This document shows, piece after piece, positions 25,901 to 38,450 of a stretch of DNA of 64,000 nucleotides. The DNA is taken from NCBI RefSeq assembly GCF_964355755.1, contig NC_092671.1, positions 1,922,001 through 1,986,000 of the forward strand. Reading direction: 5' to 3'. The stretch comes from Antedon mediterranea. Taxonomy: Eukaryota > Animalia > Echinodermata. Every line of letters starts with the position of its first letter. Within the stretch, counting starts at the first letter, position 1. Both the position numbers and the translations under genes were made by a program. The notes under the pieces are model-generated. The model was not told the DNA's origin and did no database searches. It saw only the letters and a list, made by a program, of their open reading frames with translations.

Positions 25901-28900
25901 GGTGTGTGGAGAGTGCGGGCTTGTGGAAGTTTACTTGTTGTTTCAGTAGAAGCTCGCACAGGTTGGATAAAAACAACCATCTGCTCGCACAAGTTGGTGA
26001 TTGAAAACAACACAAGGGAACTGTGCCGAATTGTGGTGAAAACCACGTGCTCCGCCAAGTTGGAGTTTTTGAAAGTTGAACTCTCGGCGATACCCGAAGA
26101 AGTGTATTATTTTCAATGTTGATAATAAAAAATATACTGTAACTATTTAAGTATTCAATGTATTTATTAAATAAATTATTAGGCCTATTAAATTTATATT
26201 CTGTAATATTTATTAAAAAAATGGTAGGCCTACTTGCCTGTGTTAAAAACATCGGCCGCCGCCTATTTGGCACAGACAAAAAAAAAAAAAAAATTACGTA
26301 TCTATTATAATTTAATAATATACTGTATTTTCAATACAACTGTACATTTGAACAATAATTACAGTAATTCAGCAAATTATTTATTACACACAAAATACAT
26401 AACATGAATGTAATTAAACATAGGCCTAATCTACTATCAGGCTGTAGGCCACATAATTAATACTAAGTAGTAGATTCAGATTTTATTACCACCATAAAAT
26501 GATGTCGATAATTGAGAAAAACAAAAACATACTAGCCCCTATTTTATTTGGTTTATAGTATAACTAGGGAGTTGTTAATTAGAAACTCCCTGGTATAATA
26601 ACTTCAAATAAGTTAAAAGCCGAGAGTTCAACGCTTCCTATTTCGCGATCAATGGATGCCGCAAGAGACCGCGTGCTATATGACAGACCTGGAAACTCTA
26701 TACGCAACGACTTGATACGCCCGACTGCATAGAAACACATGTTTTGGCTCCTGGAGATAACGTTCCATACCACCGAATTCCGATCCATACATTTACTTAA
26801 CAAACACTACACTGGTCTCGACGTCAAGAGAATTCGTTCGTGCGCGACTATTATTTTCATTGTTACAGTTTTTCACAACCCCTGTAAAACATCGTGGACA
26901 TTTTCGGTGATTTTAAGAGGTTGCCCGTCGGGACATGACATGTTAAATTTTAGTTGCCCGACGTATTTATTTGGTTGCCGCGGGACGTCGGGCAAGCGAT
27001 TCTGCGAGCCCTGCCTGTGTATTTATAAACACTACCTGTGTATTACTATCACTTCATTAACACTACTCTGTGTTTAACACTACTATGTGTTTAACACTAC
27101 TACGTGTTCAACACTACTACGTGTTCAACACTACTATGTGTTCATTAACACTACTATGTGTTCAACACTACTATGTGTTCATTAACACTACTCTGTGTTC
27201 AACACTACTATAGTATGTGTTCATTAACACTACACTATGTGAGCATCAACACTACTATGTGATCATCAACACTACTATGTGATCATCAACACTACTATGT
27301 GTTCATCAACACTACTATAGTATGTGTTCATTAACACTACTATGTGATCATCAACACTACTATGTGATCATCAACACTACTATGTGTTCATCAACACTAC
27401 TATGTGTTCATCAACACTACTATGTGTTCATCAACACTACTATGTGTTCATCAACACTACTACGTGTTCATCAACACTACTACGTGTTCATCAACACTAC
27501 TACGTGTTCATCAACACTACTACGTGTTCATCAACACTACTACGTGTTCATCAACACTACTACGTGTTCATCAACACTACTACGTGTTCATCAACACTAC
27601 TACGTGTTCATCAACACTACTACGTGTTCATCAACACTACTACGTGTTCATCAACACTACTACGTGTTCATCAACACTACTACGTGTTCATCAACACTAC
27701 TACGTGTTCATCAACACTACTATGTGTTAGACCAAGATTTATGTGTGTAAATAAAGGAGATTGATTACCAAACATTTTAGTGGACCTGTAGCTTAAACCA
27801 ATGCCAGGGTCCAGGGTTCAATCCTGACCTAATGCAAGTGTTGTCTCATCATTCGTCATCACTCCCTAAGCCTCAAATGGAACTTGATTTATATGATAAA
27901 TATAAAATACTTTATCCATCCTGTAATTGGCGAGTTGCTAGCTGTTGGATGCGTATGAAAATATTTAACAATAAGTGAGTTTTCCTTAATAAGCGACGAT
28001 ACATCAATTATTGTTTAAATGTCTCTTATACTACGTTCCTTCCAGTTTAATATTAAATTTTAAAATCTTTAATCTCATGAGTCATAACCTTGTTAAAGGC
28101 CTTGTAAAGCCACAGTATTTATACACAAGTAAAACTCATCCACATTGCATAAGGGTTAGTGTACCCTGGGTTTTGATAAGGGACGATGCTAAAGATTGAC
28201 TGAGTCACAGCGGTCATTGTCCAGTACCATGATTCAATGAATTGACTACAGTAGGATAAAATGAAAAGGAGTTTGTATTGAAATTAGGTCTTCACTTGAC
28301 CCTTGATTTTTTGTTCCCATTATTATTCACATATTATATAATATTATTCAAGTCATGTTAAATAATATCTAACCACTTAACTCTTGAGCTGTCAATTTTA
28401 ATTTAATTAAACTGGAGTCTGTAATCTTTGTACTAATGATGCTTATTCTAGTTAATATTTCCCACGAGATGGTATCACTGCTATAACATGCTATGTACTT
28501 GTGGACTATATGCAATAAAACAATAAAATTAATTCAATATTGTAATTCATACTTAATAACGATCATGTATTAAATTACAAATTATAATGTTTACAAACTT
28601 TACAAGCGCATAAACAAAAAACATGCCATGAAATTAATTAATTTTAAAATAAATTTTAATCCAATAATATTCTCATCATTAGAAATATAAAAAAAAGTAT
28701 CTAAAATACTACCACAATACAATAGACCAGTCTTCTTAATTGGGCAACCCGGTTTACATGAATAAATAAATATATTTTTTAAAATTAATAATAAATAATA
28801 TTAATAAATAATAAATGTTAATATAATAACAGTATACTACTGTAGTACTATTTGTAATACATATTTTATTTTTGAAAAAAAACGGAAATGGTTAAGTAGA

Positions 28901-31900
28901 AATCGAAGGCATTTGACCAACATTTTGATTGAGTATCTTGTGGCCTCTATATGCATCCTAGCGGAACGCTTGTTAATGACGACATAAACACAAAATTTAT
29001 CTGCACATGTGCAGAATAATTTAAATGTGCTAATTACAGGTTATGCAGCAGGAACGCTATCTGAATCATATGTAAAAAAAAAATCTGCATTATTTAAGCT
29101 GATATGTCTCAATTCACTGTGACGATGTATTGATTTCAAGCACGCTAATAATTTAGCCCGTGAACCAACCATTTTGAGCCTGGCTAAGATTCTGAAGCTG
29201 CAGGGAAGGAGATGGTAGCGGTTTGATAGCTTCATATTGTAATAGTAGTTAGCAGTCACAATTGGAAACTGTATTTTTGGCGTTTTATGCGTTGGATATG
29301 GGAGGATTAATATCAGATCAAACGGATCAGACAGAGATTACAAGTAAATTTAGTTATCTGTATTTTGACAAATTATAATCAATAGTAGGCCTATGCATTC
29401 ATGGTATTACTTAAAGAGTGTTTGTAATGTTAATATCCCTATGTTTACCAATGATGTATAATATTTGTAAATATCAGTAAACTGAATTACAGTAGTTTAA
29501 TAAATTGTATTTTGTGTCAGTATACAGCTGTGCCAATATTCATCAACTATTCTTCATATAACCACACATTAAATAATAACATAAATAAATATATCAGGTG
29601 GTCTAATGGTAAGATAATAAACAGAATCTCTTTTAAGATGACTTTTTTCTTTTCTCTACCGCTAGTTCGAATATTTTCAAATTTTTATTTTTCAGATTTA
29701 CTACTAACAATGTAAACATTGAAAGTAGAGATTTGCCCTTTAAAAATGTCATCATTTTTGTGACATTAAGAAAATTGGAAAAATTGTCTTTAAAATTGAT
29801 ATTAACTCATTGTGATTCTACCTGTATTCTTATGTGTTTTTGTGTCAACATCAATGACATGAATGATAAATGACATTAATATTCAATCCTTGTAGATAAC
29901 ATGATCCTATCTTTTATTAATGTGTTAATTATATGTCTATGAATCATGTATTTTCTACTCCCACAACAAAAACTGAAATTACTGCTACAAAATTTTAAAT
30001 TACATTTGCCATTTTTCCATCATTCTCTAGGGCTTTGATGCTTGCTTTAAAATTGTAACTGTAAATTTTCACATTGTAAAAAGAAATTAATCAAAAACAA
30101 TTTATGATACATTACATGTTATGACTACATATACATTGCCATGTCATTTTGTTTGGGTATTCTTCTCAGAAACAATTATGTAGTGCTCATTGTCTTTAAA
30201 AACTCATTAATTGTCTGACATACAGTGCAATATGAATCAAGCCTTCTCGCTGTGTTGAATAAATTGAAACGAAAATGTCATAAATGTAAATGATTCTCTT
30301 CAATCGAAGAACTCTACTTTCTATTGTTAAATTCGGTATTCATAAAGGCATACTCTGATGACGCAGTGAAATTTATTACGATTTCGGTAATAAATGTTTT
30401 CAACCTTTAAATCTTGTGCATCACATGGCATGATTATGTAGAGTACAGTCATAGGTAGATCGGGGATGATAACCGGCCTAGCAACACACCTCCTTTCCCA
30501 CCGCCCCAAAATTTGGAAATGTACAATGCAAAAGATTGGACATTACAGTAGGTTCAGTTCAGCACTTGTTTTTACCGTTTTTAGGCCATGCCCCTCTCTT
30601 TTCCTCTTTCCCCTTATTTATAAATCCTATCTCCGCCACTGAATCAGATATTATATATGGATTAAAATATATAAAACTACAGTTGCATATATGTATTATT
30701 GACATTGGATGAGCGGGTGGAACTGTTTATGTAGCCATAATATTGGCAAAGGTTCGAGCCTCACTCGCTCCATGGTTCTTATCGGATAAGGACTATAAAC
30801 TGTAGGTCCAGTGTATACAAAATGCTCATGTGCACTTTAAAGAACATAGTTTCATCTTTGAAGAGGTTACCGCAGTGTACTAGTTCACACAGCCACTACT
30901 TGAAAAGTAGGCCTTCTTTTAGTCCTCCTAGTTGATTGTGGAAATTACAATGATGAAGATATAGATTAAAACGGTATCAATGTATTATTGCTTGTGTCCA
31001 TATGATTATGACATTCAAGATTATGGCCATGCAGGATGAATACAAACATACAGTACATGCTTTAAAGTAATAGCATGTTTCCGTTATTTTATTGGTCAGG
31101 CATTCTACTGTAACTAATTATGTTGGTGAGATTATATTGTTTCACATTTATACTTTGAACTTTGTCTTTTCCTTGTTTACAATTTATAATTTATGTATAA
31201 CAAATATTGATGTATTGTTATTGTAATAACAATGTCTACAGTTAGCTCTCCCAATACCAAACTTTTCTTTAAAGGTTCCAAATTCTTCTTTACCATTAAA
31301 AACGCATTTAGAATACCAGACTTTACAGAAAACATATATTGTTGTCCCACAATATAGGCTAGCCCAAAGGTGTATTGGGAGAGTTGACTGTATATAAAGA
31401 TCATATATTATACTAACATTAACTTCATTTCATGTATAGATGATTCATCACTGGTTACACCTACTAGCCCAATGTCACCTGCCAACTTATTGCCCGAACC
31501 ACCTAGCCCGAGATCCCCACGGTCCATTTCACCAGCTCATAGCCCAATATCACCCGGTCGTCACAGAACAATGTCATACGGACGCAGAAGTCCTTCATCA
31601 CCATCTGCGCATCAACCGCTAACGAGAATGAGCTCCGATAAAATGCAGTCAAAATATGCAAGAGGTAGTGTACATTTTATGCCATTCCAATATGTGGTAC
31701 CACAGTATATGAATGAACCAATCAGCATAACTTCTATGACTAACCTATTTTCAGAGTAAGGCTCTGTCTACACTATCCAACGTTATATCCATATATGGAC
31801 ATGATGATGTCATATCACTACATATTTAAGCATCACATTTTGTTGTCATACAATGTTTGATAGTGTAGACAGAGCTTTAGAAATCACAATGTCGAATGGT

Positions 31901-34900
31901 AAATACACTTTGGTAGCACATTCTCAATGCTAAGTCATTACTAATCTTTATTCTTTGGTATATCATAAGAAATTACACTTAAATTACTCCTTGTGTTTAA
32001 AAAAGCAACATGCCTTACAAGTTTCCTACATGTGTTTTCTTTTAATAAAATCATAAGGTGTAGATGACCTATGTGCAAATGTACACGTTGTCGATTTTCC
32101 ACTAGATGATTTAGTCAGCTTATACACATGCCCATTCATTCTTCCAAACACCTCTCTACGCATGCATGCAAGCTGACGCTTTCAATTCGCACAAACAAAT
32201 TTTTCAAGTGGAATATTGTCTTAAGAGCGCCCCCTTAATGCTTGTATTTTAGAATTGCACATCAAGATATAAAGTTTTCTAGTTTGTCCCTATAACATTT
32301 TAAGTGATAAATTATGTATTTTGCATTAAAATAACACTTCATATACATTTTAAACATACATAGATGTAACATAATTCTGTGTAATATAAACTGCAATGCA
32401 ATGTCACTATTTACACTATCATCATCGCTGTCGTTGTTGTCATCATAGTACTATTTTATTAAGTGTTGTCTTTATTTATTTCAAGTTATCCATGTCAAGT
32501 CAAAGGGCCCCAGAGGGCCAATAAAACCCCAAAAAACAAAGTTAAAATATAAAGACAATACAAAACCCATAATGGCAACCTAGCAACCACACCTAACTAT
32601 TCCAGGCACCTCAAAATGTTTCAAATTTGATTCCAGTTTTAAAGCAAAATATTTTATATAACAATGACTTTTTACTGAAAGGAATAAATAAATAAAATAT
32701 ATCAATATACTATAAATCTTCATTAATTCACAACAATTTTCCTGTGATAGATGTCATGGTAAATTAAAAAAACGAAAAGAAAAAAAAATTGAATGACTTC
32801 ATAAATATTAAATTATAGTTGAATTTTATAAAGCAAATTTGTCTTGCCATTGTTGATATCAAATGTCCTCTCATGGGTTTATTTAAGTCTCATTACAACA
32901 TCATAACAAATGCAATACATCATATATGTTTATGGAAATTTATTCAAATAATATAATCAGTTTTCAATTTAAACACTCCCTAGTTGTAGATTAAAAATAT
33001 TAGTATTTTAAATTTAAATTGAAAAAGAAGTTATTTATGGTTATTGTTGCGCATACATAATTTTGAAAACTGGTTACGGCATGTTATGGCATAAAAGGCA
33101 TTGGTTCAAGACGTGTGCCATGTTACCATAAGATACTTTACTCTCATTTTACCATGTTGCCATAGTATCTAAAGCAAGGTACTTTACTTTCACAATTAAA
33201 AAAGAGTAGGGGCCTGGGGCCGGATTTATCAAACTTGCTTAGCAAAAAAATCGTCTTAACTTTGCCCTAAATCCTTGATTTTGCTTAAGTCAGATTTATC
33301 AATATATCTAAGCAAAAAAATTTGCTTAATTTTGTCTTAAATCTAAGACGAACAACACCCTGCCTTAAGATGAAAAATTTCTTTCTCTATTTCAAATAAT
33401 AAAAATATGGAGATAAAATGTTATAGCGCCACCATCGCTAAGAGAAAAAAGCTAATGCGCACACGTAAGCAAGGATTTTTCGTCTTAAGACATAATTTGC
33501 TGCCCTCTAGAGTTTAATTTTGTGCATGTGCAAAGTAAAATTTACCTAAAACAATTTTTCTGCTAAGACATTGCTAAGACGGTTTGATAAATAAGATTAA
33601 GTTATTTGCTTAAGCACTTCTTAAATATTTCAGCTTAAGCAAAAATATAAGCAAATATTGATAAATGCCAACCCTATACTCTGAGAGACGGTCTTGTACT
33701 AAAGAGGTCGTCACCCAGTATTAATGTTTTTAATGATTTTGAATATAAACACAATATTATTTTGTTAATTTCAATGAGTGGAATTACCACTGCAATTTCT
33801 AAACACAATTTTTTTGGTGAAATCTTATTTTTTAGAAAGAATGTTGGAGCGAGAGAAACAATGGAGTAAAATAGAAGCTGAGGCAGAAAGTAAAGAAGAT
33901 GTACAGAAGACAAGTGCTATTGGCCAGGCATTAAATGTAAGTCACCAGATAGATGACTGTTCTTAGCGGAATTTGACAACATAATTTACGTAAAAGGAAA
34001 TAAAGTATGATTAAGAATATCTCATTTTTCGTTGTTATGCAACCCTCCTAATTATTACTAAAAGTAGCATAACAACGAAACATTCATTTGTACTTACTTT
34101 TAATTAAATTTGTTTCTTTTTTTTCTCTTGCTTTTTCAAAACACTCCTCTTGTGTGAGCGCCCTCTATTATCTGGTTTTATTTTATTGTAACTTGTCAAT
34201 GTTCAGGTGCTCATAAGTGCTAATTCTGTTTAATAATAAAATAGTAAAAAGATAATAGGATTAAATCATGTACTTGTGATGTATGAATAATGTATATCAG
34301 GATATAGGATTCAGTAGATTAGCATACTAATGTTAAATTCATTAGATAGATAGTACGCTGTATGTATTAAAGCAACCTGTTAGGCATGAGTTTGCAATCG
34401 TTAAATTTTCTTTTTTCTTTTGCCGCCAAAATATTAGTAATCTTCTAATATTATTGATTGATTAAGTGTTGTTTTTACCAAACATGATTTCTTTTCACTT
34501 AGTGATGCTGTTTACTAACCCTGTGGGATGTTTTTTAATACTCTTGCATTAAATTTGTTCAAATACCAAGGTTATAACTTTAAAAAACAAGTGGACCCAT
34601 CACTCAAGTAATTGTATTAACTATCACTGTAGATATTCCATATTTCCATGTGTGGTGTAACACTAACAGGGTATATACATGATAAATAGATGATGATTGA
34701 TGTTCCAATAAATTATTTTTTTCAAAGACAATATTATTTTTTTTTAAACTTCTTAGGTTCTTACAACACTTATGAATGTATTAAATATTTGACAGATAAA
34801 ACATCTTGTTTACATAAAATGGACATGTTGAAACATCTGCTCTGCTCATTATACAGAATAATAAATATAATGCAAAAGATATGTCTAGAAGAGAGAGTTC

Positions 34901-37236
34901 TTAAGACAGTGGAACCGTAGTTAGCCATAACATTGCCAAGTGTTTTGAGGCTCACTCGCTCCATGGTTCTGGTGGTAGAACGAGTCTTCTCGGATAAGGA
35001 CCAGTGTAGACACTTTTAAAGAACCTAGTACAAGTAAAAAGTCCATTCTGGACCATTCTACCCTTCGTTGTGCCAGCTTGATTGGAGTAGTTGAGCTGTA
35101 GCTTAGTGGTTAGCATGCTTGCCTTCCAATTCCAAGGTTCAATCCTGACATAGTGCCAGGGTTGTATCTCACATACCCTAAGCCTCAAATGAGACTTGGC
35201 TTATAAGCATGAACAAATTAAAAATAGTTTATCCATCCTTTAATTGGCGAGTTAGTTGTCTGGCTGCTTCAAAGTCTGAAATTATTCAAAATAAATAATA
35301 ATTATAAATAATGTTACAAATTCAGAAATAAAGCTAGGTGTTGCATACATGTACATCGTATTAGATATTAATTTCCGTTTTTAATTTTCTTTGGACTTTA
35401 ATCTTATGTGGAGGCGTAGATTACATTCATTTCCAGTTATAGCAGTTCTCTTGTGTCGCCTATTAACAATTTCGCACATTACAGAGAGACAGTTTGAACA
35501 CTCTGTAAATATAGACCTATCCTCTGCAACAATAATCTTTCAAGCATTACGTATGTTAAGAATGTTGTATCAAATGTTATTTTTCTCTTATGTTGTGAAG
35601 AAGGCAAATGGTTCTTCTCCAGGACAACACTTTTATTTTATAATATCAGGTGAAAACTGACCGCCTGTCTCCCTAACAGTCTGCTCCCTAAAGCCTGTTT
35701 TCCTGTCGACGTTATTCGACGCTATCGTTAACAATAATCGGCGATTACCTGCTGACGTTATCATTTCAACTTGATCGTTTGGAAACGATCGTCGTTGAAC
35801 TGTTAACAATCAACGATGATAGCGTCGAATAACGTCGACAGGAAACAGGCTTTAGACTGCCACCAAGGCTTTCACCTTTGACCTTTCTGGGATGCTACTG
35901 TACACCCCATCCCCTCAGATGTTGAATAGTGAATTGTGAGCAACTCCTAATTTATCCCGCAACTGAACCTGCACAGCAAAATATTAATTCTGTTCAATTT
36001 TTTACCTGGTAAACATTCATCTGGTAGGACCATCTTTTTTTAGGGGTGGTTGTTCGAAAAAGATATAACATTTTCTTGATGATTTTTAAGTTTCTATAAT
36101 TTAATATTTTTATAATTAATAATAAACATAAACATTTATTTTTAAAATGTTACTATAGTATATAATAATCAAATATTTTTTTACTGTGTATGCAAATTAA
36201 AAATATGTAAATTAATTAACCTATATAATGTTGAATTTGAAAGCACGTTTCAGTATGTGAATTAATTAGCTGTGCTTGACAGCACGGCCGTAGAGGATTG
36301 AAAGAACGTTTCAACTATTATAAGATAATTCTCTTAACAATCTTCTTTTTTATGTACTAAATCAACAATATCAAATAAGTTATAGTATTATTTAAACACA
36401 GAACTCAATTATTTATAGGTGATTAATTTAAAATTGTTGGAATTTGTATCTGTATGACATTGGTAATATAAATGATAAAGATTAATATTGAAGAATTTTT
36501 CTGTGAGAATTTATTACAGCCGATTATCAGTACTGTTGTAAATGTACCCAGTATCATAAGCAATGCGTTTCACATGTGCTCCCTGTATCATACAGTAGAT
36601 CTGAAACTAACCATTACGCTCTGTCTACATAACTAGTTTAACAACAACAATGTGATGTGCTCAAATACGGTAGTGATATGACCAAATATGGTAGTGATAT
36701 AACATCATCATGTCCATATAATTTGGGCACATCACATTTTTTTGTCACATAAAGTTTGATAGTGTAGACAGAGCTTTAACCTTCCATGATACAGTATACT
36801 GTACTGAGAATCACATGTATATTAACGGTTATCATCTTCTGTTAATGACGTACTCAATTTTATGAACGAATAATATTGTATTTTGTGTTTTATAATATAT
36901 AGTTATTTTTCTATACTGTTTGTAATTGTGCCTCTTTTACTTTTAATTATATATGTATATTGATTGTAAACAAACGTTATCAGCCAATGGCTGCTGTTTT
37001 GTACGTGTTTTTAAACCGAAATAAATAAATTTTAAAAAAAATTTGTATTAGTAGTACATCATGTATATTTATTAACAGAATTGATATTGCTGTTTTTTTT
37101 TTAGGCGGCTTATGAAAGAGGACAGAGACTAAAAGAAGTAGAAGAGACAAGTGATGCAATGCGAGAATCTGCGTTTAGTTTTGCTGAATCAGCTAAACAG
37201 TTAAAAGAAAAGAAACGAAAAAGCGCCAAGTATTAA
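13955..37236 (+). CDS. N-terminally acylated, transmembrane-less R-SNARE (synaptobrevin/tomosyn/amisyn-like coiled coil) protein, ~424 aa
   Basis: Exons 13955-14705, 22045-22110, 31440-31664, 33836-33936, 37105-37236 join with matching phases (1,1,1,0). Starts MGIMCCCYVKK; Ser/Pro/acidic disordered middle; ends AIGQALNAAYERGQRLKEVEETSDAMRESAFSFAESAKQLKEKKRKSAKY*, which has the R-SNARE ERG zero layer and heptad pattern. Confidence 0.8.
14742..14964. mobile_element. Short Kolobok-like MITE
   Basis: TTAA-AGAGGTATTGTCC ... GGACAATATATCT-TTAC termini. Confidence 0.55.
15488..15732. repeat. GACTTGACTGACCA minisatellite (15-21 bp units)
   Basis: Directly visible tandem units. Confidence 0.9.
19603..19738. 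mobile_element. MITE family A copy
   Basis: Perfect TIRs AGCTCTGTCTACACTATCAAACT. Confidence 0.85.
20305..20505. mobile_element. Second copy of the same repeat plus another decayed hammerhead-like motif
   Basis: ATACCACGT...GAAAGGAACTGTTGA...TATCAACATATTTGATTTCGCCAT shared with 2710-2810; CCTGATGAAGA...TCTTAAAATTGTCAGG at ~20465-20503 has AAAA in place of GAAA. Confidence 0.35.
22237..27013. mobile_element. 4.8-kb non-autonomous TIR DNA transposon (hAT-like termini) with nested insertions
   Basis: Perfect 16-bp TIRs CAGGGCTCGCAGAATC (22237-22252, 26998-27013); subterminal GTTGCCC/GGGCAAG repeats; flanking CCTGT duplication (22232-22236, 27014-27018); richer in CpG than the host intron; no recognisable transposase ORF. 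Confidence 0.85.
23002..24305. mobile_element. Nested 1.3-kb non-autonomous element, P-element-like
   Basis: Perfect 34-bp TIRs CATGGATTAAAGAATAGAAGGATATGCATCGACG; 7-bp TSD CTACAAC (22995-23001, 24306-24312). Confidence 0.85.
27025..27728. repeat. 20-bp minisatellite (TCAACACTACTACGTGTTCA)n
   Basis: About 35 units, degenerate on the left and homogeneous on the right; explains the three overlapping repetitive ORFs. Confidence 0.97.
29298..29343 (+). CDS. Probable alternative first coding exon (MGGLISDQTDQTEIT) of the + strand R-SNARE gene
   Basis: ATG at 29298, 46 nt to GTAAAT donor, phase 1 compatible with the exon at 31440; MGxxxS myristoylation consensus; would give a ~167 aa isoform. Confidence 0.55.
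30705..30920 (+). mobile_element. tRNA-derived SINE (partial second copy ~34905-35035)
   Basis: B-box GGTTCGAGCC followed by CTCACTCGCTCCATGGTTCT...CGGATAAGGAC, shared between the two copies. Confidence 0.6.
31757..31879. mobile_element. MITE family A copy
   Basis: Both TIRs present. Confidence 0.8.
33213..33674. mobile_element. Unclassified MITE with GCTTAAG-rich internal repeats
   Basis: Termini GGGGCCGGATTTATCAA ... TTGATAAATGCCAACCC; many inverted CTTAAG/GCTTAA units. Confidence 0.6.
35092..35265 (+). mobile_element. Second tRNA-derived SINE family (other copy ~27785-27950)
   Basis: A-box TAGCTTAGTGG, B-box GGTTCAATCC, shared CCCTAAGCCTCAAATG and TTTATCCATCCT.TAATTGGCGAGTT. Confidence 0.6.
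35690..35854. mobile_element. MITE family B (AGCCTGTTTTCCTGTCGACG TIR); related short copy at 41586-41667
   Basis: ~35-bp TIRs with TAA/TTA flanks. Confidence 0.75.
36617..36778. mobile_element. MITE family A copy
   Basis: Both TIRs and internal repeats. Confidence 0.8.
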
Positions 37237-37384
37237 ACCTGGCAAGTGAACATTCAACTGGAGGATGGAGGAGGTGCCTTAAATGGATGGTTGGCATCCA
37301 GCATACCTTATTGGTAGATAGATATAATGGAGCCACTCATAAATATTGTAATGTACATGCCTTAATGGTAGATTTTGTAAAAGA

Positions 37385-37810
37385 CATATTGGTAGTTTGT
37401 GAAGGTTATGCCCCATGAAGGTTCCACTTCAATGGTAGATGATGGGACACGCTCTTACTGGTGGATCCGATTTAGAAGTCCCACGTCATTGGTAGATGTT
37501 AAGACACACTCTTACTGGTGGATCCGATTGTGAAGGTCCCACCGCATTGGGTACTTTTAGGTCATGTTTCTGGCAGATCCAATTGTGAATGTTCCACCTC
37601 ATTGGTATAGTTAAGACACGCTCTTACTGGCGGATCCGATTGTGAAGGTCCCACCTCATTGATAGTTGTTAGGACATACTCTCTCTAGTGGATCCGATAA
37701 TGAAGGTCCCACCTTTTTGGAAGATGTTATGATACCTTTCTGGCGGATCCGGTTGAGAAGGTCCCACCTCATTGGTATAGTTGTTAGAACACGCTCTTAC
37801 TGGTGGATTA
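37385..37810. repeat. ~55-63-bp tandem repeat in the 3'UTR of the + strand R-SNARE gene
   Basis: CTCTTACTGGTGGATCCGATTGTGAAGGTCCCACCTCATTGGTAG, about 7 copies. Confidence 0.85.
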
Positions 37811-38106
37811 GTAGTTGTTGCTGGTATGTGTAATTGTCATGCCTTGTAATGGTAACACTTGATAAATGTTATGTTTGTCTGACAGTTGTATGCCTTGTGT
37901 TTAATGCCTTCAGTGGTGAAGATTGATGTGGATTGTTATTGGTTTCACTCTGATCTTGGGAGACATGCCTTACTGGTTGGTGCCGAGTGCTAGGTGCTAC
38001 TTGTCAACATTGTTCCAGCATTATGTTATACCTGATTCACACTTACTGAGTTACACACGCAAATTTGTCACTGGGTAATAATAAATGTTTAAATACTGTG
38101 TATTGG

Positions 38107-38450
38107 AGCTGTCTACACTATTACACTTTATGAACAAGATGATGTCATATTATACCATATTTGGGCACATCATACTTATTTGATAGTGTAGACAGAGCTT
38201 TACTCATTGGAAAAATATGCTTACACACAAGTGTACCAAGGCAACAATTTGTTACACGATCACACTTTATGGACGGGATGATGTCATATTATAGTTTGGT
38301 AGTGTAGACAGAGCTTTACTCATTGGAAAGATATGCTTACATGTAAAAGCCTGTACAGATTACCTTCTCGTTTTAGGATTTTAAATTCATTAATCACAGA
38401 AAAATAGCTTTCACACGGGTGTACCGAGGCAACAATTTGTTACACGATTT
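38107..38450. mobile_element. MITE family A copy plus local partial duplication, in the probable 3'UTR
   Basis: Copy at 38107-38202; partial re-copy with flank TTACTCATTGGAAA at ~38260-38340; GTGTACC.AGGCAACAATTTGTTACACGAT occurs twice. Confidence 0.7.

Noticed and set aside
25893-25948. MVCGECGLV, resembling a TFIIB zinc ribbon
   Set aside because: Flanked closely by stop codons and lacking the first CxxC; probably chance within a transposon interior.
25698-27077. ORFs inside the 4.8-kb element as a transposase
   Set aside because: No recognisable DDE, BED, THAP or hAT dimerisation motifs.
27322-27764. Repetitive ORFs and CRISPR-like look of the 20-bp array
   Set aside because: Head-to-tail units with no unique spacers and no cas genes in a eukaryotic context; the ORFs arise because the unit lacks stops.
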